DNA of 48,991 nt, from contig JAHBMJ010000393.1 in assembly GCA_018398765.1 (NCBI GenBank), positions 1 to 48,991 of the forward strand, read 5' to 3'. The notes below the pieces were generated by a model. It was not told the DNA's origin. It worked only from the letters and a program-made list of their open reading frames with translations, and searched no databases. The first letter of the stretch is position 1. Each line of letters starts with the position of its first letter. This stretch comes from Chromera velia (lineage: Eukaryota). Below, one piece after another: positions 27,051-36,678 of the stretch. The position numbers and the translations under genes were made by a program.

Positions 27051-29517
27051 AGGGAGGGAGGGGGAGAGAGAGAGAGCGAGAGAGAGAGAGAGAGAGAAAT
27101 GCGCAGAAGGCATCATGCATGTCTCAACTCCACTCCCTCCTCCCCTTGTTTCTTCCTTCCCACACCGACTGACTGACTGACTGACTGACTCTTCACTGCA
27201 GAGGGAGGCAGCAGTCCGCCCTCAAGTGAAGGGATCTTCTCCGACAATTTTCTTTGACTTGCCCTCTCCTTCTCACTCTGTCCCTTTTCCTTTCCCTCTG
27301 TCCCTTCTACCTCTACAGCAGACCCGAACCCCCGACGTCTTCTCCTCCCAGATGACGACGAAGCCGTCGAAGGCGAAGGAGAAGAAGAGGCGGGAGATGC
27401 CTCAGATGCATCAACTTCTCCTTCCGTCTCAGCAGAAGCAGAAGAAGAAGGAGAAACGGGTGGCTTGAAAAGGGATTTGCGTCTTCCGCCCTCCTGCGCC
27501 TTGGCCTCAACAAAACTCTCTATGCCCAATGCCTTGCCGACATCTGTAAAGCTCTCCTTGCCAACCTCCTTTCCAACATCAGAAAAGCTCTCTTTGCCAA
27601 TACCCTGTCCGACGTCAGAAAAGCTCTCTTTGCCAACCTCCTTTTCAAAATCAGAAAAGCTCTCCTTGCCAATTCCTTTCCCGACGTCAGAAAAGCTCTC
27701 TTTGCCAATTCCTTTCCCGACGTCAGAAAAGCTCTCTTTGCCAACCTCCTTTTCAAAATCAGAAAAGCTCTCTTTGCCAATTCCTTTCCCGACGTCAGAA
27801 AAGCTCTCTTTGCCAATTCCTTTCCCGACATCAGAAAAGCTCTCTTTGCCAATACCCTTCCCGACATCAGAAAAGCTCTTTTTGCCAATACCCTTTCCGA
27901 CGTCAGAAAAGCTCTCTTTGCCTATCCCCTTTCCGACGTCAGAAAAGCTCTCTTTGCCAATTCCTTTCCCGACGTCAGAAAAGCTCTCTTTGCCAATTCC
28001 TTTCCCGACGTCAGAAAAGCTCTCTTTGCCAATTCCTTTCCCGACGTCAGAAAAGCTCTCTTTGCCAATTCCTTTCCCGACGTCAGAAAAGCTCTCTTTG
28101 CCTATTCCTTTCCCGACATCAGAAAAGCTCTCTTTGCCAATACCCTTCCCGACATCAGAAAAGCTCTCTTTGCCAATACCCTTTCCGACATCAGAAAAGC
28201 TCTCTTTGCCAATCCCCTTTCCGACGTCAGAAAACCTCTCTTTGCCATGTCCTTTCCCGACATCAGAAAAGCTCTCTTTGCCAATACCCTTCCCGACATC
28301 AGAAAAGCTCTCTTTGCCAATACCCTTCCCGACATCAGAAAAGCTCTCTTTGCCAATACCCTTTCCGACATCAGAAAAGCTCTCTTTGCCAACCTCCTTT
28401 CCAAATTCAGAAAAGCTCTCTTTGCCAATTCCTTTCCCGACGTCAGAAAAGCTCTCTTTGCCCACCCCCTTACCAACGTCTGTGAAGCTCTTCTTACCCA
28501 ATCCCTTGCCCACATCTGAAAAGTTCTCTTTGCCCAACTCAAGCTCCCCCTTTTCACTGCTGGTCTTTCCCTGTCCTTCTCCCTCTCCCTCCCCCAACTT
28601 CCGAAGCTTTCCCTTTTTCCCCTTTCTCTTCCCAATTCCAAAAACGGCTCCTTTCGGCTCAGGATCTTCGACAATGATCAAATCCCCAACCGTCTCCTCA
28701 ATCCTTCCCTCTCTCTTCTCCGCAGACGGAGAAGGGGTAGGAGGGGTCTCGGGTGCCGTCTCCTTCGGCCGTCCCGACGAAGATTGAACCTCGGCTTCAC
28801 GGAAGAAGTCGTCTATGGAAGAAGACATCTGATCCATGTCCAGTCCCCGTGACCTCAGAAGCTTCTCAATCGCCTCAGATTGCAACTTCTCCTCCTTCTC
28901 TTCATCTTCCATGTCTCTCTCACTCTTCTTCGCCTTCCCCCCCCCACCCGCTTCCTTCATTTTCTTCGCGAAAACCTCCATCTCCTCCATCGCTGCTCTC
29001 GACTTCGAACTCTCCTCAATCATCTCCTCCAACTCCTCAAGGGGTTTGTCCAACAGCGAAGGGTCAAAAACGAATTGGCCATCGTGGTCAGCTGCCGTCT
29101 CCACATCCGGCAGGTCCAGTCCTATCGATTTGAGCATCTTCTTCTCCTCCATCGGCATCCCCTTCAACTCATCCTCCAGATGCTTACTCAGATCGGCGCT
29201 GTCCATCATGGCTTCCAGATGCGCCCTTTCTGCGGAGAGGGAGGGAGAGGAGGGAGGGAATGGGAGACAGAGACGGGAGAGGTTAAGAGACGAGGGGTGT
29301 GGGTAGCTGCATGGCACTGACCTGCCGCGCCTTCTGAGTTCTCTTCAACCGTCCTGCCTGCGTCACTACGAAGAGCACTGGGGGGATAAAGACGCTGCCT
29401 CCTGAGAGGGCCCACGCCTTCGGCCTCCAGGGCCCTCCTCTGGAGTCTCAGCTGAGGAGAGGGGAGCACGAACCCCGACGCTCCAGAGAGCGCAAGGCAC
29501 ACACTCAGCTTCTGCAT
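18388..29517 (-). CDS. TAB2: Plastid-targeted Tab2/ATAB2-family RNA-binding protein with long N-terminal extension (12-aa repeats, acidic coiled coils, EF-hand-like module); about 20 exons, roughly 1400-1500 aa
   Basis: ATG at 29517, MQKLSVCLALSGASG/FVLP (signal peptide plus Phe-led transit peptide). Exon 2 is 29229-~27190. Tab2 exons 22209-22013 (WQMDLYSR...KKLWELLITD), 21842-21723 (VNS...VRFFRDQMQTM), 21575-21483 (ASR...WLKERE..VYPKME), 20977-20849, 20557-20464 (IPGIV), 20143-20085, ~19707-19611 (AARFE), ~19180-19120 (GLHYVAV), ~18819-18765 (LWLLRE), last exon to TAG at 18388. A phase-1 junction links the acidic exon (...LLRVA) to the first Tab2 exon. Some middle junctions are uncertain and two assembly gaps lie in presumed introns. 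Confidence 0.8.
20945..21139 (-). repeat. 53-bp tandem repeat (3.7 copies) made of polypyrimidine tract, CAG acceptor and exon start
   Basis: Minus-strand unit GGATACGACCCCACCCTCAAGACTCTGTACACC+TTTTTTTTCTTTTTACGCAG; exon starts at 21136, 21083, 21030 and 20977. Confidence 0.95.
23113..23230. repeat. 59-bp intronic tandem duplication ending in (CA)n
   Basis: TTTACGGGTAGACGGGCAGGCACCGACAGCGGAGAGAAACCAGAGTACACA... at 23113 and 23172. Confidence 0.9.
23358..23468. other. Assembly gap flanked by poly-C
   Basis: N run. Confidence 1.
26677..27009. other. Assembly gap between (CA)n and (GA)n tracts
   Basis: N run. Confidence 1.
27510..28535 (-). repeat. Coding 36-bp minisatellite, about 28 copies, encoding (GKESFSDVGKGI)n
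   Basis: Lies within exon 2 of the Tab2 gene; no stops; variation is mostly synonymous, plus FEKEV/FGKEV variant units. Confidence 0.95.
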
Positions 29518-30008
29518 CGAGTCGCAACAGCAATGCTTCAACGTGCAGATAAAATCAGTCAAAATCAAACACAGTGCGACACGGAGAACCTCCTGATATA
29601 GAGCCTTTTCACCTGTTCTGCTGTGCCTCTCTGACTGTGGCTGTCAAGAGATTCGTCATGCTATTGCCGGGGCCCTAAGTAACTGCATGAGGGTGGGCCC
29701 ATACGTCGTGCCGGGGTCATGCAGTGCATGCGATTGATCGGCTAAAACGCGGAAGTAATCTGATCTGCCGTATGTATATACGTACGGCAGAGCAGAGTTA
29801 TATAGTCGATCATTCGCTTTCTGAGTGCATCTTCTCAAAGCCCTTCCTCCATAAGTGCGATCGAAACTTTCATCTGTGGCTTCTCTTTCCGTTAAGTTTC
29901 TTTGTTTCGTTCCACAAGTAGACTGAACTTTGATTGACTGGCTGGAGCCTGCCCTCTGCACCATTTTCGGAAAGCCCACCTGATCTGATCTCCAAGAACG
30001 CCCTAAGG

Positions 30009-31634
30009 ATGTCGGATTGCCAGGGAACTCCACCCTCTTCGTCTCTTGTCGAGGCCCAAGCAGAGGGGGATGCGAAGTACAGAGACTTTCCTGATGACGT
30101 TCTCGTTGAGGTCTGTCATTCGTGTCGATGATTATGTAGTAGTCTGATCTGGTTGGCTGGGATTGTCCGGAATGTGTCGTCTTGCTTTACTAGGAAGTGA
30201 AGCTTGCATGTCGGTAGACGGCAGGACCGAGGCCCGCCTGTTGTTCTTCAACTTCAAGTGCTGTCTCTGACACAGATCAGGGAAGTAGACGGTTCTTCTT
30301 CACTGAAGAGAGGGTGCTTTCTTCAACTCTGAGTGCCTTCCGGTGCAGTTCAGTATCCGCTTTTAATGTACCTTGCTTTTCTTCAATGCATCGATCGGAA
30401 GGAAGCATGGTCTCGTCTTCTCTTTGCAGTTGGCAAAACTTCTGGAGACTACGGAGGTTTTTGGCTCCTTCGCCCTTTTGAACAAACACTCTGCCGAGGC
30501 ATCGCAGCAGAACTCTTTCTGGATCCACCTGCTGGAGAGGAGGGACATCTCGCAACTACAAATTTGTGTCAAGGCACCCGCAAACGGCCTCATGAAAGTA
30601 CCGGCGATGCTTCTTTTGCATCAGAGAAAGTCCAAAACTGGCACCTTCCGACTGACCAGACCTTCACCCGCCTCATCTCTTTCCTTTCTGGAAGACTGTA
30701 CATCCCCCTCTGCTTTGCCTTCCCCCCCCCCCTCCTCTCCGTCCCTCCCTTCCGCCTCCCCTTTCCTCCTGGACTGCCCGCCCTCTCCCACGTGCGCGTC
30801 TACCGCCGAGAGGGAGAGGGAGCGGGAGAGGGACAGCCCGAGAGGGTGGGAAGATGACGAGGACGCAATTGCCAACTCAGAGAGATCTCTGATCGTCACC
30901 TTCCTCAGAGGACGCCTTGTAGCGTTGCAGGTGGGTGGGGGGCAGCCAAAAGGAAGCAAGTCAAAGTAAAGCAAGAAATGAGGGAACGAGCAAGTGAGTG
31001 AGAGAGCAAAGCAGGGAGCGAGAGCTGGTGCAGAAAAGGTAGCAAGAAAGAGTTAGAAACGGGACGTGATTGAGCGTAAGAGGAGGAACGTGCCAGGGAA
31101 ATTCTGGAACCAGGGACGGATTTTATTTTCAGAGAAGGACCAAAGATGGAGAAAGGGGGAAGTGGGGAGTAAGAGAGCGAGAGAGAGAGAGAGCGGGCGA
31201 GAGGGGAACAAAAGTGAATCGAAGAGGAAAGCAGGTAGGGAGAAGGGAGTGAGCAAGTAGCGAAGAAGTGAGAAAGGGAGCGCAGGCTCCGAGGCAGAAG
31301 CATGGAGCGAAGAATCTAGAGAGAGAGAGCAGAAGAGAGCCAGGAGGAGGAGGGGGGATCGAGATCTCTAAAGTGTCTGGGCATGTATGAGTACACTTTC
31401 TCGGCCTATGCACAGAGATTGTGGCTCGTACGCAACTTCAATTTACATATCGATTCTGGGGAGCTAGAGAAGGAAGGAGCAAGGAGGGGCAGCGAAGTGG
31501 GAGTGGGTCCAGATCGAGAGAGAGAGAGTGGGTGGGTGAGAAAGAGGGGGCGGGGGGAGCGGAGCGCGGGACTCAGCTGATGAGTGAGAAAAGGCGAGGC
31601 CTTCTTTTGCAGAGTGAGACACACACACACATAC

Positions 31635-31685
<51 letters not shown>

Positions 31686-31694
31686 AACGCACAG

Positions 31695-31744
<50 letters not shown>

Positions 31745-32336
31745 GCAGAGCGAGAGGGCCAGTCTGTCGAAATGCATACACTGCATGGGTTTTTCGACAT
31801 GCAGGAGAACTCTGTGTGACCTCGTTATTGAGTCAACATGCCTTCCATTTTTCCTCTCGGACCCCCTGTGTTTCTTTGTGTCTGTTTTTTTCTGTTTCTT
31901 TGTTTATTTATTTTGTCTGTTTATTTATCTGTTTGTTTTTTTGTGTGTTTGTGTGCAGTCTCATCTCTTCCAGACACGCCGAGTCGAGCAGATGACCTTG
32001 CAGCAGCTCAGCGTGCTGAGGTTCCAGCAGAGGGGGGGAGGGGGTGCCGAGTGGATGGATGGGGGGTTTGGGGGTCCCTCGATGAATCGTCACATGAGTG
32101 CTCGGCTGTCGAAAGAAAGGGAGGAGCTGGAAGAGAAGCAGAGGGAGCAGGGCAAGACTCTGGAGAAACTCGAGAAGCTGATTCTGAAAATCGGGCGATC
32201 ATTGGAGAAGGTCGAGAAGAGAGCCGTCAGGGAGTTCACCGAGAAGGACTCCATGCAGAAGCAGGAGGAGAAAGATGCGTTCGGTCGGATGCGTTTGGGG
32301 TCTTTCTTTCTCGAGGGGGAGGAGGAAGTGCTGTGA
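30009..32336 (+). CDS. F-box-like protein with C-terminal coiled coil (exons 30009-30110, 30430-30930, 31959-32336)
   Basis: Spliced N-terminus DFPDDVLVE|LAKLLETTEVFGSFALLNKHSAEASQQNSFWIHLL fits the F-box consensus LPxExLxxIxxxL...VCK.W...D.LW. Both junctions are phase-0 GT-AG. Confidence 0.7.
31619..31740. repeat. Intronic compound microsatellite (CA)n-(GA)n
   Basis: Seen directly; similar tracts at 381-480, 8742-8798, 46958-47016 and 48610-48825. Confidence 0.95.
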
Positions 32337-35300
32337 AGATAAAACTTTTCTGTTGTTTCTTTCGTTCTTGTAAGAAGTGATTGCAGGTGAGGGTCTTGCA
32401 GCACAAAATTAAAGGAATGCAGAAATCATGGGCAGTCGTGGCTTCTTTCTCGTCGTGGTGTCTGCATCTTTCTTTGTCCAGTTTTAAAAACGTATGCATG
32501 TATTCGTGTAACGGGACGTCGAAATTGTCCGAGAGGAAAGTTTTGATTTTTTGCCATTTAGGGAGAGCAACCTGGCCTTCTCCTTTTCTTTCTTTTGTTT
32601 TCTTTTGTGATTGATCATGGAGGGATTATGCAGATATGCATACCTCCTTTTTTCCTACCTGCTTCTCTAATCTTGTTTGTGAATGAACACTTCACACGTA
32701 GTCATGCATGCAGACAGAGTGAGAAGCGGCAAACAGCAGCTCCACTCCACCCCGCATGGCATGCAAAGGAGACAAGCAAGAAAGGAAAAGAAAAAGGGAA
32801 GCATGCATGCATGCATGAATGCACAGGATACCATGCAAAAACATCTTTGTGCATGCCTCCCTTCTTCTGTTCAGATTGATCCGAAAGAATAATATTTTTG
32901 TGCTTTTCGACATGAGAGAATTCAAAAAACTTTCCTGGATCCCCGACTGCCTAGATCACGCTGGATCAGGCAGAGAGGCATGCAGCTGTAGTTGTTAATT
33001 CAGAAATGGGGACACACGTAGTAGGTGTGTCTGGAGAAAGGAGAGAGCCCGCGTAGCGTGCTTTCAATCTGGTTTTGTTGTCCATGCAGTTCCTCGAGTC
33101 AGCGTGCTTTTTGTTGACCCATGTAGTGCCTCCATGAAGAGAAGAGAGGGAATTGAGTCGCAAGGAGTAAAGAACGAAGAAATCCATGGGAAAGGAGAAG
33201 TTAAATCAAAATTGCCATGTCAATTCAAGTCAGTCACTCCCAAATTCTCTGTGTTCTTGCATTCATTTGTTGTCGTTTTGCTTCGACGCCTATTTCCGAT
33301 CCTTCCCAGCACGGCGGTCTGTCTGTGGTTTTGAAGTGACAGGCGGTCAGAGCTGGGCGAGGAAAGGGGGGTGTCAGAACCCTTTTTGGGCAGGTGCGAA
33401 AGCGCCGGTTAGTAATACTTTTGCATTTTTCTTTCCTTTGTCTGCATGTCTTTACTCTCTTGTTTCATCACGGTTTCGCTGAATTCTTTCTTGTCTGTCG
33501 TTCCGACGGTTCCCTTCTCTCTCGGGTTGCCTACGAATTCGCTGTCAGGGGAAGGGGAGGGGAGGGGAAGGGAGGAAAGAAAATTCTTCTGTCCGGCTGA
33601 CCGGACGAGCAGAGGGAAGGGTGCAGAAATGGAGAGCAGAACATCAAAGTGTCAGGGAGAAAACGATCAGACGGTTTTTTCCGGTTTTCGCCTCTTTCCT
33701 TCGTGCTGCTCTCTCTTCGTCTTTTTCGTCTCCCTTTTCACCTTCCCATTCTTGTGCTGATTCAATAAGATCTTCTCAACCTCCAACGCCATATGTCGAA
33801 ACTCAATTTTGCCTCCACATAAACAACGAACAACAGCAACAACCTTCAATTCCTGTATGTCGTATTGTGTGTCAATGCGCTGTATCCATGCAAACTTCAG
33901 TCGCGCAGCGTCTTACCTTTCTTTTGGCGACGGTTAGTTGCAGTCGAAGTCGGTCCGTCAAATAGTCATGCCGACAGATGGATTGTACAGAAATGCTCCT
34001 GCAGAGGCGCAAGCTCATACACAGTACGAACTGCATGGCGTTACACGTAAGAACTGTCCGCAATCAGGACAGACACATGACCGGAAACGAATTGAAAAGA
34101 AAGGAGGGAAGGAAAAATTCAAGGGAAGGCAACGAAAAAAGAATTCAAACGAAGAAGCAAGAGGAAGAAAGAGAGAGAACTTCCGCACTCATCCATTCGT
34201 GCATGGATGTGCCGCGCCGTGATGCGCGTGTAGTTGTAGACAAGGAGAGGAAATTCACAAGACACAGAGGGAAAACGGGTGAGGGAAGCAGGATTCCAAA
34301 TTCCCAATTGGGCATTCCAATTGTCCCAATTACTCCCAAATGCGATAGGGTAATGCAGAGACGAGAATCCTAGTGAGAATCAATTTTAGGCCTAAGAGGC
34401 AAGAAGAGGCAAGCAAGCCGGGGTACCTGACGCAATGCGGGCCGGAGCTGAATTTAACCTACAATTAAACAATCATGTAAATATCAAGTTAGATACTATA
34501 GGCTAGATTATAGCCTAGATATCTAGCTAGATATCAAGTTTATAGATAAAGTTACATGACTCTGGAATTTAAGTGGATTTAAATGTTGTTGTTGTCTAAG
34601 TTTTTAAATATCTACTATCTAATTACTAGTATTAACTAATAAAGTCATTAATTAAATTCAATACATAAAGTATCTAGTAAAGTATTAAATTGAATTGAGG
34701 CGGTTAAAGCCGGTGAGCCACCACTTAGGCTCTGGCTAACCACGGGGCATGACATGCAAGTTCCGTTCACATTTATTCACCTAGAGTGGGAAAGGCATTT
34801 GAAGTCATTTGCAAATTCACTGTTTTTTACTTGGTGAAGAAGTAGTGAGTGTTTCAATTTTCAGAATAAAAAGGTTTTTTACAGAGTGCTATAGGATACT
34901 AGCATGCTAGAGTAGTATGTGCCTTAATGTGCTTTCAATGCCACTTATGAACCCTATGTTAAATTTAGTATTAAATGAGTGTGAAGAAGTTTTTATTACT
35001 TTTTAAGATGTTTTACTGTAAAAAGATATATAAATAAACATATTGGCATTGCATCTTTAACTCATGATTTCAAGATGTTGGCTAAGCCTGAGATGTTGCC
35101 TTTTTGACAACCTGCTGCAGCTTGCAGCTGCCAGTGCACTTTGTTTGTTCTTTTACGTTTTCACTTTAAGTTAACTTAATTGTTCTGCGGCCTCCGGCCT
35201 CCGAGAATAGAGATGCGGCGAGAAGGGAGGGAGCGATTCAACCGAGAGCTCAAAGAAAGGAGATCTGAGATAGGTGGCAGAGATGTGTGCAGAGGGGAGA

Positions 35301-36348
35301 GAGGCATGTGAAATTGTGGGAAACCGCTGGTTGAGGGCATTACGGGGGGGGGCGGGATGGGATACTGAAGGTCAGAGTGGGAGATGCGTGGAGCGTAGGT
35401 GTAGCGGGAGGGTCGAAGGCCGAATAACGGGCAAGTTTTGGCGTCTGTGGGCACAAAAATCATATGCATGTGTTGAAAAACGGCTGTAAGGCAGTGTAAG
35501 TACTCGGCAGAACAGCATGAAACAACCCAAAGATCCAAAGAAAAAAGATTTATCAACTTGAAGATTGGGCAGGCTGCCACATCTGGGGTGAGAGCGCTGC
35601 GTTTAATTGTCCCTAGAGGGACCCCTCGCGGGAAGTGAAGGTCGCCAAAACCCCCCTCTCTGAATTCCTTTGGTAGGGAGGTCTACAGATCATTGGATGC
35701 TTTCTGCACCTCAGGAGTGGGCGACTGGGGGGCTAACACCGTCTCCCAGCTTCCACAACTACTCTCCCTCTCTTCTGGGGTGGCATCTACCCGGCGCTTC
35801 TTTGAAGGCGACGGAAGGTTGAAGGCCTTGCAGACCCTTGGAACACACCAGTGATGCTCAGTTGTAAAGTCAAACCTGTCCTTCTTGTTCATGGCCATCG
35901 TTTCCTGATATTTCCTGTACTGATTTCTTTTTTTTTATTCCTCTCGCTCCCAACCTTTTATGCTAGCCAATCCGTTTGTTTCATTCCTCCTCCATCTCTA
36001 CCGTGCGACTCACTTATGCTGCGAGAGACCTTTGCTGGTCCCCAGTCTGATCAGTCAAACTGTATCACACTTCCTTTTTTTGTCCGTTTCCATCGTTCCT
36101 CAAGGAATTTGTTGAAGTCTGTATGAATGAAAAAGAGTTGACAAAAGCAAACGAAGGAACTATATAAAGGTAAGCCGATATACCAATCAAGCTGCACTTC
36201 CAAAATTTTTTGTTCTTTGAGCATGCTTCAAGACATCAATCGATCTCTGTAGTGTGTGCACAGCCTAGCAGCGCAGGTCTAACTGCATGGATATTGAGTC
36301 TTGGTGTGAACCAAATAGGGGATAGGCATGCAAGGGCTGTTTTAACCC

Positions 36349-36649
36349 TGAAGAGAACTAGAATGGTCTAGTTAAGGATATCAGTCTAGTCACTTACACG
36401 GTTCTCTATACAAGAATAATAATGCAAGATGTTTGTCCGGCTTCTGCTCTCATCGATCGAGAGTTGTTCCATCGAACCACCCTGAGTATTTCACTAAGCA
36501 ATTTCACAGCATGGATTGACGCATGCATTTTCTCCGTCTCCGTAATGTTTTAAGCCGCGCCGCACCGATAGGCAACGCAGCAGCACGGGACCAGCCAAGT
36601 CGGGCCGACCAATGCACGCCCGCCTCCTCTCTATAAGTGGCTGATTACA
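36349..36649 (-). repeat. 3' LTR
   Basis: 289/301 identical to 42178-42478, no indels. Confidence 0.97.
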
Positions 36650-36678
36650 TGCATTCCTTTCTTTTTTTTTTTTTTTTT
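36650..36678 (-). promoter_or_regulatory. Polypurine tract
   Basis: Minus strand reads TAA(A-run)GAAAGGAATGCA immediately before the 3' LTR. Confidence 0.7.

Noticed and set aside
27510..28535. 36-bp repeats as a CRISPR array
   Set aside because: Contiguous units with no unique spacers, eukaryotic coding context, no cas genes.
27465..28787. 440-aa plus-strand ORF (SEKLSLPIPFPT)n
   Set aside because: Antisense shadow of the coding minisatellite; non-ATG start; the minus frame has splice sites and a targeting leader.
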